The notes under the pieces are model-generated. The model searched no databases. It saw only the letters and a list, made by a program, of their open reading frames with translations, and was not told the DNA's origin. A program made the position numbers and the translations under genes. Source: Terriglobia bacterium (GTDB lineage Bacteria; Acidobacteriota; Terriglobia; 20CM-2-55-15). Taken from it: DNA of 64,000 bases. Below, one piece after another: positions 10,844 through 22,472 of the stretch (position 1 is the first letter of the stretch; each line of letters opens with the position of its first letter). The stretch covers positions 864,001-928,000 of the forward strand of contig CBDAOY010000009.1 in assembly GCA_965198225.1 (NCBI GenBank), in the 5' to 3' direction.

Positions 10844-13609
10844 TCACCTGGAACTCATCTGCCGCAGAACGTACTGCAGAATCCCGCCATGCCTGTAATA
10901 CTCGATCTCGACGGGCGTGTCCAGCCGGGCCAGGACTTCGAAGCTCTTTTCCTGACCGGATTCGTCTCTTGTCCGGACCCGCAGCTTCTGACGGGGTTCG
11001 AGTCCCCCGCTGATGCCCTCGACATCGAACGTTTCATAGCCGCGCAACCCCAGGCTCGATCTTCCTTCGCCGTCGGCGAACTCGAGCGGCAGGACGCCCA
11101 TGCCGATCAGGTTGCTCCGGTGGATCCGTTCGAAACTCTGAGCCAGGACCGCCCGTACACCCAGCAGACGGGTTCCTTTGGCGGCCCAGTCGCGCGACGA
11201 TCCAGTGCCGTATTCCTTCCCGGCCACCACGACGAGCGGGGTTCCCTCTTTCTGGTAACGCATGGCCGCGTCGTAGATCGTCATCTGATCCCCATCGGGC
11301 ACGTGCAGAGTCCAACCGCCTTCAGTCCCCGGCGCCATCTGGTTTCGGAGCCTGATGTTCCCAAAGGTGCCCCGCATCATCACTTCATGATTACCACGCC
11401 GGGCCCCGAAGGAGTTGAAGTTCGCCGGCTCGACCCCGTTTTCCTGAAGGTACTGACCGGCGGGGCCGTCGGCCGGTATCGCCCCCGCGGGGGAGATGTG
11501 ATCGGTCGTGACCGAGTCGCCGAGCACTGCCAGGGCCCGAGCTCCGCGGATGTCCTCCAGATCCGGCGCCTCGCGCGGCATGTCCTCGAAGAACGGTGGT
11601 TTCTTGACGTACGTGGATTCCGGATCCCAGCCGTAGCTGTTGCCGGTCGGCACGCTCAGTTGGTTCCAGCGCTCATCGCCCTGGAGCGACTCTTCGTAGG
11701 CCTTGCGGAACATCTGCGGCTTGAGTGTGGAGGCGATCGCGCTCTGAATTTCCTCCTGATTGGGCCAGATGTCCTTCAGAAAGACCGGTTCGCCATCCGA
11801 GCCGGTTCCCAGAGGTTCGTTGACCAAGTCCACGTCCATGTTTCCCGCGATCGCATAGGCGACCACCAGCGGCGGCGACGCCAGGTAGTTCGCGCGAACG
11901 AGGGGGTTCACCCGGCCCTCGAAATTGCGGTTTCCACTCAGGACGGAGGCCGCCACCAGGCTGCCGCCTTGAATTCCTGCAGCGATGGGGCCGGGCAGCG
12001 GGCCGCTGTTGCCGATACAGGTCGTGCAACCGTATCCGACGAGGTGGAATTTCAACGCCTCCAGATCTTGGAGCAGTCCCGTTTCTCTGAGGTAATCCGT
12101 GACCACTCTGGATCCCGGAGCGAGGCTGGTCTTCACCCACGGCTGGACGTTCAGGCCCCGCCCGACGGCCTTGCGCGCCAGCAGCCCGGCGGCGATCATC
12201 ACGGAAGGGTTGGAGGTATTCGTACAGCTCGTGATCGCGGCGATCACGACGGACCCGTGACCGATCGAAAACTCCTCCGAATCGATCTTTACGGGCACCG
12301 CCTTGACCAGGGGCGCTAGTTCGTCGTCTCCGGAAACCGCATTCGAGGATGCCGAGGGCGCAGAGCCCGAGTCGATCCAGTCCTGCACCTTACCCCGATT
12401 GCCGCTGCCGTTCAGCATCGACGCCAGTACTCTCCGAAAGTCCTTCTTGGACCGGCTCAACGGAATTCGATCCTGGGGTCTCTTGGGCCCGGCGATCGCC
12501 GGTTCGACAGTCGAGAGGTCCAGCTCCAGCGAATCCCGGAAGACGGGTTCCGGCGTTTCCGGGGTGCGGAAGAGACCCTGCGCCTTCGAGTAGGCGTCCA
12601 CGAGCGCAATCCCGGCCGGATCGCGCCCGGTGAGCTCCATGTAGCTGAGCGTCTCGTCGTCCACAGGGAAGAACCCGATCGTCGCACCGTACTCGGGAGC
12701 CATATTCGATATGGTCGCCCGGTCGGCCAGCGACAGGTGCTCGATTCCCGGACCGAAGAACTCGACAAACTTGCCCACGACTCCCTTTGCGCGAAGAATC
12801 TCGACGACTCGGAGGACGGCGTCGGTGGCCGTTGATCCTTCCGGCAGCCGTCCGCTCAACCTGAAGCCCACGACATCGGGGATCAGCATCGACAGCGGCT
12901 GACCGAGCATCGCGCCTTCCGCTTCGATTCCTCCGACCCCCCAACCGACCACACCGATTCCGTTGATCATCGTGGTGTGGGAGTCGGTTCCGACCAGTGT
13001 GTCCGGGTATGCCACTGGCGGGGAGCCCCCTTCGTCGCGGAATACAACGGGGGCCAGATATTCCAGGTTCACCTGGTGCACGATTCCCGTGTCGGGAGGC
13101 ACGACCCTGAAATTGTCGAAGGCTTTCTGTCCCCACTTGAGGAACAGGTACCGCTCCCGGTTTCGCTCCAGCTCCCGTTCGGCGTTGAAGTCGAACGCCG
13201 CCGCAGTACCGAAGCGATCCACCTGCACCGAATGATCGATCACCAGATCGACTGGCTGTAGCGGGTTGATGCGTTCCGGATTGCCTCCCAGATCGCGGAT
13301 CATGTCCCTCATCGTGGCGAGGTCGACCACGGCTGGTACCCCGGTGAAGTCCTGCATGAGAACCCGCGCCGGGCGGAATGCGATCTCGCGTTCGCGACGT
13401 TCTCCGACCACGGATTCTGCCACCGCGCGCACATCGTCGGCCGATACAGACTCCCCGTCTTCGTGACGCAGGAGGTTCTCGATCATGATCTTCAGTGAAA
13501 AGGGCAGGCGGGACACTTCAACACCGGACTTCTCCAGCGCTTCCAGCGAGTAGTAGAGGAGCGACTCCTCGCCAAGTCGCAGTGTCGAGCGGGCTTCGAA
13601 ACTGTTCAT
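10844..13609 (-). CDS. acnA: Aconitate hydratase A
   Basis: [54 protein letters not shown]. Confidence 0.96.
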   Translation of the reverse strand: MNSFEARSTLRLGEESLLYYSLEALEKSGVEVSRLPFSLKIMIENLLRHEDGESVSADDVRAVAESVVGERREREIAFRPARVLMQDFTGVPAVVDLATMRDMIRDLGGNPERINPLQPVDLVIDHSVQVDRFGTAAAFDFNAERELERNRERYLFLKWGQKAFDNFRVVPPDTGIVHQVNLEYLAPVVFRDEGGSPPVAYPDTLVGTDSHTTMINGIGVVGWGVGGIEAEGAMLGQPLSMLIPDVVGFRLSGRLPEGSTATDAVLRVVEILRAKGVVGKFVEFFGPGIEHLSLADRATISNMAPEYGATIGFFPVDDETLSYMELTGRDPAGIALVDAYSKAQGLFRTPETPEPVFRDSLELDLSTVEPAIAGPKRPQDRIPLSRSKKDFRRVLASMLNGSGNRGKVQDWIDSGSAPSASSNAVSGDDELAPLVKAVPVKIDSEEFSIGHGSVVIAAITSCTNTSNPSVMIAAGLLARKAVGRGLNVQPWVKTSLAPGSRVVTDYLRETGLLQDLEALKFHLVGYGCTTCIGNSGPLPGPIAAGIQGGSLVAASVLSGNRNFEGRVNPLVRANYLASPPLVVAYAIAGNMDVDLVNEPLGTGSDGEPVFLKDIWPNQEEIQSAIASTLKPQMFRKAYEESLQGDERWNQLSVPTGNSYGWDPESTYVKKPPFFEDMPREAPDLEDIRGARALAVLGDSVTTDHISPAGAIPADGPAGQYLQENGVEPANFNSFGARRGNHEVMMRGTFGNIRLRNQMAPGTEGGWTLHVPDGDQMTIYDAAMRYQKEGTPLVVVAGKEYGTGSSRDWAAKGTRLLGVRAVLAQSFERIHRSNLIGMGVLPLEFADGEGRSSLGLRGYETFDVEGISGGLEPRQKLRVRTRDESGQEKSFEVLARLDTPVEIEYYRHGGILQYVLRQMSSR

Positions 13610-13873
13610 AGTCGTGATTCTCTCTCCTGATTAACTGCGTGCGGGACAGCAAGGAGCGGCTCGGCTCGTTTGTTAACCACCCATTATAGTAGGGTCTTCC
13701 AGAAACTTAGTGGGTCCGTTTGCATGTCGCGATATTGAGGAATCCGCATTACAGATCGTTCATCGGGAATTGCTCAAGTCGAATCTTGGAGAACGAGCAT
13801 TCGGAGAGTTCAGGCATGGCCATCGCTGCCGCCTATTCAGTCCGTAGCAGGACTGCCCGAAGCCTCCGGACTC

Positions 13874-14998
13874 CTACCCGATTATGCTGACGCCGAGCAA
13901 CGTCCCGATGCCGTAGGTGGCGCTCGCCGCAAGCGCCCCTATCCCGAGCATCCGCGCCCCGCTAAAGAGTGCGTTCCTTCCCGTGAAGATCGAAATCAGG
14001 ACACCGGCACCGAACAAGGCGGCCGCAGCGCAGGAAGCGGACGCCAGAAAGGCGTAGTTGCCGCCGAGAAGCAGGTAAGGACCGACCGGGACGAAGGCAC
14101 CGAGGGCGAACGCGACGAACGAACTGGCCGCTGCCCCTCTCGGTGATCCCAGCGAAGTGGGATCCAAGCCGAGTTCTTCCCGGGCGAGCGTCTGGATGGC
14201 CTGTGCCGGGTCCGAAATGATGTGTTGTGCCAGGGCGTCCGCTTGATCGGCCGGGATCCCCTTCGCCTGGTAGATGAGCGCCAGTTCCTCGCGCTCCTCG
14301 TCGGGAGACATCTCCAGTTCCTGCGCTTCGAGCGCGATCTGCTGTTCGTAGAGTTCTCTCTGAGATTTGACCGACACGTATTCGCCCGCCGCCATAGAGA
14401 ACGCCCCGGCCAGCAGGCCGGCCACGCCGGCGAGCAGGATGATATCGGTGTCGACGTTGGCGCCGGCAATGCCCATTACCAGGCTGAAGTTGGAAACCAG
14501 ACCGTCGTTCATCCCGAAGACGGCCGCTCGGAGGCTCCCCCCGTAGCTGGTCCGGTGCCAGCGCTCCGCTCCCAGAATCGCGTCGGCCCCCGCCCCGGCC
14601 CCGATCGGGTCGTGCATTGCCTGGATGGTACGACGGTGACTGCGTTCCTCTGCCGGAAGCCTGCCTGCGTCGGCCTGCCCGGCGTACTCATCTTCGACGC
14701 CTGCTTCGATGCCGCTGATGACAGGTAACACATAGGACGTTCCGAAACGCTTTGCCAGCAGAGCCAGCAGGCCCACACGCCAGCTGGGCTTGAACCGCGG
14801 AACCGACTCCCCCGCCGACTCCATGAGGTGTGCCCAGCGCCGGCAGTGGCGTTCCTCCGCATTCGCGAGCTTCTTGAAGAGCTCCGCGCGCTCGGAGTTT
14901 GTTTCGGCCTCTGCCAGAGCCAGGTAAAGCGCGACCCCTTCCTTTTCGCGGAGGTAGTTCTGGCGGTGCCGCTTGATGTCTTCTGAGTCAGGTTTCAC
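13874..14998 (-). CDS. Rubrerythrin-like domain fused to a VIT1/CCC1 transporter
   Basis: N-terminal E..Y...EERH...EERSH ferritin-like motifs; LRAAVFGMNDGL, AFSMAAGEYVSV VIT1 motifs. Confidence 0.88.
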   Translation of the reverse strand: MKPDSEDIKRHRQNYLREKEGVALYLALAEAETNSERAELFKKLANAEERHCRRWAHLMESAGESVPRFKPSWRVGLLALLAKRFGTSYVLPVISGIEAGVEDEYAGQADAGRLPAEERSHRRTIQAMHDPIGAGAGADAILGAERWHRTSYGGSLRAAVFGMNDGLVSNFSLVMGIAGANVDTDIILLAGVAGLLAGAFSMAAGEYVSVKSQRELYEQQIALEAQELEMSPDEEREELALIYQAKGIPADQADALAQHIISDPAQAIQTLAREELGLDPTSLGSPRGAAASSFVAFALGAFVPVGPYLLLGGNYAFLASASCAAAALFGAGVLISIFTGRNALFSGARMLGIGALAASATYGIGTLLGVSIIG

Positions 14999-15137
14999 CG
15001 GTCCAGAATACTATAGAGATCGACGCCGAAAGGCCCACGACAAGATTGGTGAACCCTGCTTGAATTGACCCACCCCTTTTGCTAGCGTTAGCGTTTTGGT
15101 CTTTGCGCCGAATTTGTTCCGTTTGAGCCGCAAAAAG

Positions 15138-15662
15138 ATGATTCACGAATTCAAAGGTATGCGTCCCAGAATCGGGGCAGGGGTTTTCCTCGCCCCCGGG
15201 TCTCACGTCATCGGCGACGTCGAGATCGGGGACAATTCCAGCATCTGGTTCAACGCCGTGGTGCGCGGCGACATCGACTCCATCCGTATCGGGCACTACA
15301 CCAACATCCAGGATGCGTGCGTTTGCCACGTCATGATGGATGAATGCCCGCTGATCCTGGGTGACTACGTCACCGTTGGACATTCGGCGACGTTGCACGG
15401 CTGCGTGATCGAATCTCACTGCCTGATCGGCATGAGCTCGACGATCCTGAATGACGTGCGCGTGGGCGAGGGCTCGATCGTGGCGGCCGGTGCCCTCTTG
15501 ACCGAAAACCTCATCGTGCCACCCCGGAGCCTGGTTATGGGTATGCCAGCCAAGGTCAAACGGGAATTGACGGACGAAGAAGTCGCCGACATCGACGAAT
15601 ACGCCAGGCGCTACGTGGAGTACAAGGACAGTTATCTGGCAGGAGTGACAAGTGGCGGGTGA
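15138..15662 (+). CDS. Gamma carbonic anhydrase family protein (YrdA-like)
   Basis: IGDVEIG..SSIWFNAVVRGD, NIQD..H, VTVGH...LHGC hexapeptide repeats. Confidence 0.92.
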   Translation: MIHEFKGMRPRIGAGVFLAPGSHVIGDVEIGDNSSIWFNAVVRGDIDSIRIGHYTNIQDACVCHVMMDECPLILGDYVTVGHSATLHGCVIESHCLIGMSSTILNDVRVGEGSIVAAGALLTENLIVPPRSLVMGMPAKVKRELTDEEVADIDEYARRYVEYKDSYLAGVTSGG

Positions 15663-15680
15663 CGGGTGACGCGTAATGAT

Positions 15681-15743
15681 GTGCGGTCATAGACCGCACC
15701 TACATCACTGATGCAACAATGTGCGGTCACAGACCGCACCTAC
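15681..15743. repeat. Two tandem GTAG-type REP units
   Basis: GTGCGGTCA(T/C)AGACCGCACCTAC at 15681-15703 and 15721-15743. Confidence 0.85.
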
Positions 15744-15752
15744 AATCGCTTC

Positions 15753-17012
15753 ATGATCAAATCCGTTCGTGGAACATACGACATCCTTCCCTCTGACGTC
15801 CGGCACTGGCATGCCCTCGAGACGGAGATGAGAGCTGTCTTCGAGTCCTACGCCTTCGGCGAGATTCGAACCCCGATTTTCGAAGCGACGGAGTTGTTCG
15901 TCCGCGGTGTGGGCCAGGAAACCGACATCGTCGCCAAAGAGATGTACACGTTCACGGACAAGAGCGAAAAGGGATCCTTGACGCTGCGACCGGAAGGGAC
16001 GGCTCCCGTCGTCCGTTCCTACATCGAGCACCACATGGCCGGTGAGTCTCGCATGGTCAAGCTGTACTACATCGGGCCGATGTTCCGGTACGAACGTCCG
16101 CAGCGGGGACGCTTCCGGCAGTTGCACCAGGCCGGCGTCGAAGTCCTCTCCTCCGACGACAACCCCGCGATCGAGGCCGAGGTTGTCGAGATGCTCATGC
16201 TGTTGTTCGAACGGCTCAATGTCACGGACCTGGAGACGGTGGTCAATTCGATTGGCTGTCGGGAATGCAGGCCCGCGTTCATTGAGGAACTCAGGGGCGC
16301 GATACGTGATCGGGCCTCCGACTTTTGCGGCGATTGCATTCGCCGCGCGGAAAGCAATCCACTGCGGGTTTTCGACTGCAAAGTCCCATCATGCCAGCCA
16401 TTGTTGGCGGAACTGCCCGCGATCACCGACAATCTTTGCGATTCTTGCCGGGAGCACTTCGAGAAGTTTCGGGCGTTTCTGGACGAACGGGGGATCACCT
16501 ACCGCATCGACCCAAGGCTTGTTCGGGGTCTGGACTATTACATGAGGACGACCTTCGAGATCCTGTCGGGGAGTCTCGGGGCTCAGGACGCGCTGGTCGG
16601 CGGGGGACGCTACGACGGCCTCATCGAAGCCCTCGACGGGCCGCCCACGAAGGGCTTCGGATTCGCCATGGGCCTGGACCGGCTGCTGTTGTCGATCCCG
16701 GACCTTGGCGCGCTTGCGTCGTACCAGGGGCCGGAGTACTTCATCGCGACGCTGGGAGACGAAGCGTTTCATTACGCTACGCTCCTGGCCCGGAAGCTGC
16801 GATCCCGGGGCAGCCGGGTTTACCTTGATTTCGATGGGCGCAGCCTGAAGAGCCAGATGCGGTTGGCCGGCAAGCTCGAGGCCGGCCAGGTTGTCATCAT
16901 CGGTCCCGAAGAGTTGAAGGCGGGGAAGCTCGTAGTGCGGGACATGGAAACCGGTGAGCAACAGGAAATGTCGGAGACGGAACTACTCGCACCCGAAAGG
17001 CAGGGCCATTAG
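15753..17012 (+). CDS. hisS: Histidine--tRNA ligase
   Basis: MIKSVRGTYD, LRPEGTA, FRYERPQ, LVRGLDYY, GGGRYDGL; start moved downstream of the REP. Confidence 0.96.
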   Translation: MIKSVRGTYDILPSDVRHWHALETEMRAVFESYAFGEIRTPIFEATELFVRGVGQETDIVAKEMYTFTDKSEKGSLTLRPEGTAPVVRSYIEHHMAGESRMVKLYYIGPMFRYERPQRGRFRQLHQAGVEVLSSDDNPAIEAEVVEMLMLLFERLNVTDLETVVNSIGCRECRPAFIEELRGAIRDRASDFCGDCIRRAESNPLRVFDCKVPSCQPLLAELPAITDNLCDSCREHFEKFRAFLDERGITYRIDPRLVRGLDYYMRTTFEILSGSLGAQDALVGGGRYDGLIEALDGPPTKGFGFAMGLDRLLLSIPDLGALASYQGPEYFIATLGDEAFHYATLLARKLRSRGSRVYLDFDGRSLKSQMRLAGKLEAGQVVIIGPEELKAGKLVVRDMETGEQQEMSETELLAPERQGH

Positions 17013-17021
17013 GTCCCACGT

Positions 17022-18785
17022 ATGTCAGAGAAGCGAAAAACTCACAGTTGCGCCGCCTTGACGGCCCACGACGACGGAGCCGAGGTCGTTTTGATGGGCT
17101 GGGTGCACCGTCGCCGGGACCACGGAGGGCTGGTATTCATCGACCTTCGGGATCGCGAGGGTGTAACCCAGGTTGTCTTTAATCCCGAGCGACATGCCGA
17201 GTCTCACCTGCAGGCGAAGGATCTGCGTTCCGAGTTCGTGGTCGCGGTTTCCGGAACCGTCACAAAGCGAGCTCCCGACCTGGTGAACACCAAACTCAAG
17301 ACGGGTGAGATCGAGGTGATGGCCGCCGGACTGGAAATACTAAGTGAAGCCAGGACCACGCCGTTTCCGATCGAAGACGACATCACGACCGCGGAAGACT
17401 TGAGGTTGAAGTACCGCTACCTCGACTTGCGTCGGCCGAAGATGCAGGCCAACTTCCACCTTCGACACCGGGCCATGATGGCCATCCGAAGCTACATGGA
17501 CGGACAGGGGTTCTGGGAAATCGAGACGCCGTTCCTGACGAAGTCGACGCCCGAAGGCGCCAGAGATTACCTGGTCCCCAGTCGTCTCTATCACGGCAAC
17601 TTCTACGCCTTGCCGCAGTCGCCTCAGATCTTCAAGCAAATCCTGATGGTGTCCGGCTTCGAGAAATACTTCCAGATCGTACGCTGCTTCCGTGACGAGG
17701 ACCTGCGCGCGGACCGGCAGCCCGAATTCACGCAGATCGACATCGAGGTCTCGTTCCCGGACGAGGACGGGTTCTTCTCTTCGATCGAAGGCCTGATGTC
17801 CGACGTTTTCGGGGTCCAGGAAATCGAGATCCAAGTCCCGTTTCCCCGGATGAGTTACGTCGAAGCGATGGATCGGTACGGCAGCGACAAGCCGGATACG
17901 CGCTTCGGATTGGAGTTGGCGGACTTCAGCGAAGTGTTTCGCGCCGCCGAGCCGTCGCTGTTTCGTGAGATCGTCGCCTCCGGCAACACCGTGCGTGGGC
18001 TCGTGGCGCCGGTTTCCTACTCTCGTAAGATCTCGGATGAAATCGACGAGTTCGTCAAGCAACTCGGAGGGGCCGGCGTCGCCTGGGTAAAGGTCTCCGA
18101 CGAGGGCTGGACGGGCACTCCGCCGGTCAAGAAAGCCGGCGCGCAGGCGATTGATGCGCTCATCAGCCAGGCCGGTGCGAAGCCCGGCGAGACGATCTTC
18201 ATGATTGCCGGGGACCGTATGGAGGCGCTGAATCTGCTGGGGGCTCTCCGGCTCGAGGTTGCCCGTCGGGAGGACTGGATCCCCCAGAACAAATGGAACT
18301 TCCTGTGGGTTGTCGACTTCCCTCTGTTCGAATTCGACGCGGCTGACGACCGCTGGGTGTCGCTGCACCATCCGTTCACGTCGCCGGTTCCGGAGGACCT
18401 GTCGATTCTGGAAAGCGAACCGGGCAAGGTCCGGGCCCGCGCGTACGACCTGGTCCTGAACGGCGTGGAGTGCGGCGGGGGTTCGGTCAGAATCCACCGC
18501 AGTGACGTCCAGAGCCGAATCTTCCGGTTGCTCGGGATGGATGAGGAAGAGGCGCAGGAGAAGTTTGGATTCTTCCTGGAGGCTCTCGAGTACGGGACGC
18601 CGCCACACGGGGGCATTGCGCTGGGCCTGGACCGAATCATCATGCTGCTGGCCGGCGGAACATCCCTCCGCGACGTGATCGCGTTTCCGAAGACCGCACG
18701 AGCCGTCGACCTGATGAGCGGCTCGCCGTCGCCCGTCATCGACCAGCAACTGAGGGAGCTTGGCATCAAACTCCGCAAGGGCTAG
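17022..18785 (+). CDS. aspS: Aspartate--tRNA ligase
   Basis: [50 protein letters not shown]. Confidence 0.96.
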   Translation: MSEKRKTHSCAALTAHDDGAEVVLMGWVHRRRDHGGLVFIDLRDREGVTQVVFNPERHAESHLQAKDLRSEFVVAVSGTVTKRAPDLVNTKLKTGEIEVMAAGLEILSEARTTPFPIEDDITTAEDLRLKYRYLDLRRPKMQANFHLRHRAMMAIRSYMDGQGFWEIETPFLTKSTPEGARDYLVPSRLYHGNFYALPQSPQIFKQILMVSGFEKYFQIVRCFRDEDLRADRQPEFTQIDIEVSFPDEDGFFSSIEGLMSDVFGVQEIEIQVPFPRMSYVEAMDRYGSDKPDTRFGLELADFSEVFRAAEPSLFREIVASGNTVRGLVAPVSYSRKISDEIDEFVKQLGGAGVAWVKVSDEGWTGTPPVKKAGAQAIDALISQAGAKPGETIFMIAGDRMEALNLLGALRLEVARREDWIPQNKWNFLWVVDFPLFEFDAADDRWVSLHHPFTSPVPEDLSILESEPGKVRARAYDLVLNGVECGGGSVRIHRSDVQSRIFRLLGMDEEEAQEKFGFFLEALEYGTPPHGGIALGLDRIIMLLAGGTSLRDVIAFPKTARAVDLMSGSPSPVIDQQLRELGIKLRKG

Positions 18786-19052
18786 TGGCCTGTAACGGAG
18801 ATATCGGCACCATCGCCGATGGGTCTTGCCAGTCGAGGTCGAGGAGAGAGGAGGAATTGATGCGGTTTCATCATGACGACGAACGACAAAGAGATCGACG
18901 GCAACCCCCATCGGCCCGGAGGGTTGCGGCGGAACGGCACCGTCTTCGTTGTCGCTCCTCCTCGCAATGTAGGAGCATTACCTCGTCGTCGGCTCCTAGA
19001 ATCCGGTGCCGTTCCACCGCAACGCTGGTACCGATATCTCCGTTACAGGCCA
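18786..19052. mobile_element. MITE family A (267 bp) at the aspS stop codon
   Basis: Perfect 22-bp TIR TGGCCTGTAACGGAGATATCGG; CTAG on both sides (18782-18785, 19053-19056); no transposase. Confidence 0.85.
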
Positions 19053-19069
19053 CTAGGGGCATGGTGCGT

Positions 19070-19135
19070 GTAGGTGCGGTCTATGACCGCACATTCTTCG
19101 AACCGCAACAGCGTGCGCTCATAGAGCGTTCCTAC
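19070..19135. repeat. GTAG-type REP doublet
   Basis: GTAGGTGCGGTCTATGACCGCAC ... GTGCGCTCATAGAGCGTTCCTAC. Confidence 0.85.
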
Positions 19136-19226
19136 ACCCTTTCGAGGCCTCCCGTGCCTCCGGAGGGTCCCCGGTTGGGCCGCCTGCATGCCAAGCTCAG
19201 GAATGCCTGTCGCTTCTCCGCGTGAT

Positions 19227-21050
19227 ATGTCCAGGATCCACGTACTGCCCGATGACGTTCGGAACCAGATTGCGGCCGGCGAGGTGGTGGAGCGTCCGGC
19301 GTCGATCGTCAAGGAACTGATCGAGAACGCGATCGATGCCCGGTCGACCAGGATTTCTGTAGAAGTGCGCGGGGGTGGCCGCCAGTCTATCCGGGTCACG
19401 GACGATGGCGACGGGATCGCTGCCGCCGACGCGGAGCTCTGCTTCCGGCGACACGCAACCAGCAAGCTCCAGACGGCGGACGACCTGTTTGCGATCCAGA
19501 CGCTCGGATTCCGGGGCGAAGCCTTACCTTCGATAGGGTCCGTTTCCCGCGTTCTCCTGGAGACCCAGACGCACCAGGAACCGGTCGGCACTTCTGTGCA
19601 GGTCGCCGCCGGAGAAGTCATCTCCCGGCAGGAAGGAGCCTTCCCCGCGGGAACGCAGATCACCGTCGAAGACGTGTTCTACAACGTCCCGGCCCGGCGC
19701 AAGTTTCTGAAGTCCGAGTCATCCGAGCTCGGCCAGGTCACTACGCATTCAACCCACTATGCCCTGGCGTTTCCTGAGATTCATTTCACGCTCAAGAGCG
19801 GAAACTACGAGGTGTTGTCCACACCGCCTGCCGCAGATGCCAGGGAGCGCGTCTTCCAGGTTTTCGGCCAGGACCTGCTCGACGAACTGGTCGAACATAG
19901 GCAGGACTTCGGGTCTTCGGGAGTGAAGGTTCACCTGTTTACATCGAGGCCCCACGTCCAGAAGTACAACCGCAACTCGATGTTCTTCTTCGTCAACGGG
20001 CGCGCGGTTCGTGACCGGATTATCTTGCACGCCTACAACGAGGCTTACCGAAGCATCCTGCCGTCGGGGACCTTCCCGGTGACCATCCTGTTCGTCGAGG
20101 CGCGGGCCCGGGACATCGACGTGAACGTCCACCCGGCAAAGACGGAAGTGCGGTTCCGCCACGGACCGCTCGTGCACGACGCGATTCGCGACACCGTCCT
20201 GGAAGCGCTGAAATCAGACAAGACGATCATTCCCATGGGCTCTGAAGCGCCGCTTGGGTCACCTTACAAAGCGCCCGCCTTCCAGAGTAAAGTTCCCGAT
20301 TCCTGGAAGAACGGACCGATCGCCACCGAACCTCTCAAGGATTCGCCTGCGCGGCTGACTTTTTCAGATTCCCGAGCGCTGGATCTGAATTTCGAGCAGG
20401 CCCAGACCATCGTAGGAGCCGGTTCCGCCGAATCGGCGCTGGATTCAAGCCTTCCCGATTTCGACCTCGTACAGAAACAGATCCGGCCCCTCGGTCAGCT
20501 CCAGGACAGTTTCATCGTTGCGGTGGACTCGTCCGGTCTCGTTGTCATCGACCAGCACGTGGCTCACGAACGTGTCCTGTTTGAGACGTACCTGAGGGAG
20601 CGGATGGAAGGCAAGATCGATGTCCAACAGTTGCTCATGCCGATTGTGCTGGAAATCAGCCCGCGCCAGGAGGTTATTTACGAGGGCATCGCGCCGGAGT
20701 TGATGCGCAACGGTTTCGAGGTCGAGCCCTTCGGTCCCCGCACCATCGCCGTCAAGACGGCTCCGGCGATCCTGAAGGCGGGCGGCGTCGAGAAACTGCT
20801 TCGAGAACTCCTGGACGGACTGGAAGCAGAGAACAAGAAACTCGATATCGACAGTTTCAGACAAAAAATCGCGGCAACCGTCTCCTGCCATGCCGCAATC
20901 AAGATCAACAATCCGCTGGATAGTGTTAAGATGCGGTGGCTGGTTACGGAGCTGATGAAGACCGATTGCCCGACGGTCTGCCCGCACGGGCGCCCAATCA
21001 TCCTGAGGTACGATCTTCGGGAGATCCAGAAGGCCTTCAAGAGGTCGTGA
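19227..21050 (+). CDS. mutL: DNA mismatch repair endonuclease MutL
   Basis: NQIAAGEVVERP, GFRGEAL, DVNVHPAK, DQHVAHERVLFE, SCHAA, CPHGRP. Confidence 0.96.
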   Translation: MSRIHVLPDDVRNQIAAGEVVERPASIVKELIENAIDARSTRISVEVRGGGRQSIRVTDDGDGIAAADAELCFRRHATSKLQTADDLFAIQTLGFRGEALPSIGSVSRVLLETQTHQEPVGTSVQVAAGEVISRQEGAFPAGTQITVEDVFYNVPARRKFLKSESSELGQVTTHSTHYALAFPEIHFTLKSGNYEVLSTPPAADARERVFQVFGQDLLDELVEHRQDFGSSGVKVHLFTSRPHVQKYNRNSMFFFVNGRAVRDRIILHAYNEAYRSILPSGTFPVTILFVEARARDIDVNVHPAKTEVRFRHGPLVHDAIRDTVLEALKSDKTIIPMGSEAPLGSPYKAPAFQSKVPDSWKNGPIATEPLKDSPARLTFSDSRALDLNFEQAQTIVGAGSAESALDSSLPDFDLVQKQIRPLGQLQDSFIVAVDSSGLVVIDQHVAHERVLFETYLRERMEGKIDVQQLLMPIVLEISPRQEVIYEGIAPELMRNGFEVEPFGPRTIAVKTAPAILKAGGVEKLLRELLDGLEAENKKLDIDSFRQKIAATVSCHAAIKINNPLDSVKMRWLVTELMKTDCPTVCPHGRPIILRYDLREIQKAFKRS

Positions 21051-21163
21051 CTCAGGCTGAAGAAAGGATGCGACATTTCGGTTTGTCGCCGCCGAGTCGG
21101 TGGCTTTGGTTTAGCAAGCAATCACGATAGTCTCTATATTCAAATCCACTAGGAGGACGCTGT

Positions 21164-21478
21164 ATGGCAGGTAAGTTGACTCAGACTCAGATCATTGCCG
21201 CGCTGGCGGAGAAGGCGAGCGTCAGCAAGAAAGAGGCGAAAGAATTTCTCGGCACGCTTTCAGACCTGGCGCACAAGGAAGCAAAGAAGAACGGCGAGTT
21301 CACTCTTCCCGGCATCGGCAAGCTGGTGAAGCAGAAAAGAAAGGCCCGGATGGGGCGCAACCCGGCAACGGGCGAGGCGATCAAGATTCCTGCCAAGACC
21401 GTTTTGAAATTCCGGATCGCCAAAGCGGCCAAAGATGCGGTTCTCGGTGCTGCCGCCGCTAAGAAAAAGAAGAAGTAG
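21164..21478 (+). CDS. hup: HU family DNA-binding protein with Lys-rich tail
   Basis: RKARMGRNPATGEAIKIPAK; AGGAGG RBS. Confidence 0.9.
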   Translation: MAGKLTQTQIIAALAEKASVSKKEAKEFLGTLSDLAHKEAKKNGEFTLPGIGKLVKQKRKARMGRNPATGEAIKIPAKTVLKFRIAKAAKDAVLGAAAAKKKKK

Positions 21479-21567
21479 ACCGGCCCTACGTACATGGACG
21501 CGGGAATTTCGACGCTTGCGGGCGGCGACGGCACCCGCGTCCGCTTCTTTCCGAGTAAGCCTAAGGA

Positions 21568-22023
21568 TCAAGCGTCCTGAGGTTGCTCGGGGGGAATCAG
21601 TCCTCCCATGAACCATCCGATGACGGCGGCGACCGCGCCAATCACGGCGTTGACGACGAGACCTCCGGCCCGTATTCCCATCGCCGTCCCGAAACCCACC
21701 GGTCCATCCTGATTCAGAGCCGCCGGATAGTTGAAGTGCGTGTCGCCGATCACATAGGAGAGGCCGGTTCCGAAAAAAATCAGAATCTGCGACGCCAGCG
21801 CGATGAGAATGCCGACCTGTACTGCCCCTCCGATTCCGTAGCCCTTGTAGCGCCGCGCGACCGCAGGCCACAGCAGAGCGAGATGGACTTGCAACGTGAC
21901 CATCGAGAAGAACTGTAGACCCGTTTCGTAGGGCGTTCCAGCCTGGCTCATGATTAGCTTGCCCAGGAAGAAAATCAGCAACAGCAGTGCGGGAACTGTG
22001 ACGAACTGAATTTTCTCTTTCAT
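21568..22023 (-). CDS. Hypothetical membrane protein (about 4 TM)
   Basis: Hydrophobic segments; GGAGG RBS upstream of the ATG. Confidence 0.7.
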   Translation of the reverse strand: MKEKIQFVTVPALLLLIFFLGKLIMSQAGTPYETGLQFFSMVTLQVHLALLWPAVARRYKGYGIGGAVQVGILIALASQILIFFGTGLSYVIGDTHFNYPAALNQDGPVGFGTAMGIRAGGLVVNAVIGAVAAVIGWFMGGLIPPEQPQDA

Positions 22024-22221
22024 CTGCGTTCCTCCTGGCGTGGATTGTATGCCAGCACGAAGCCGGTAGGGAACCGCGAAGAGACCGGCTATGGTCGATG
22101 TCGGACACGTGAAGGAGCGGTCGTCTCGCGACCCGGTCCGTTGATGCGGGGCAGCGCGCTCTCAAAAGAGCAAGGTTCTTGCAGAAACGTTAGGGGTCTG
22201 ATCGCAAATCGTATATTTGAA

Positions 22222-22335
22222 CAATCCGCATCGCAGGCACCCTTGGGACGCGTGGGCCTCGATCAATGACAACTCCAGCAATTCCAATATCCAACTTCAA
22301 ATGCGGATTCGTCCAATGGCCAAATCTTAAATCAC
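22222..22335. repeat. AATCCGCATT-core palindromic intergenic repeat (family D)
   Basis: Inverted AATCCGCAT/ATGCGGATT pair; the reverse strand resembles 52390-52440. Confidence 0.5.
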
Positions 22336-22472
22336 TCTTGGCAGGAGCGGGATCTCCGGGCTCACTCAAGACCGCAATCCCAACAAAAAAGACGACCCTC
22401 GAGGCCGTCTTCAATAAACGTCGAATCGGTGCTATCCGTCCGGGCTATTCCACCTAGTTGGTGGATTCTCGC

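Noticed and set aside
15681-15743. Mini-CRISPR, or hisS N-terminal extension from 15711
   Set aside because: The units are the dispersed GTAG REP; hisS homology begins at MIKSVRGT (15753).
18785-19225. Small ORFs in repeat-filled spacers (also 31210-31539, 46038-46295, 28778-29317)
   Set aside because: They are translations of MITE/REP sequence; their similarity to each other reflects the repeats.
21101-21115. Sigma-54 promoter before hup
   Set aside because: GG-N10-GC spacing is present but the -12 TTGC is not; too weak to call.
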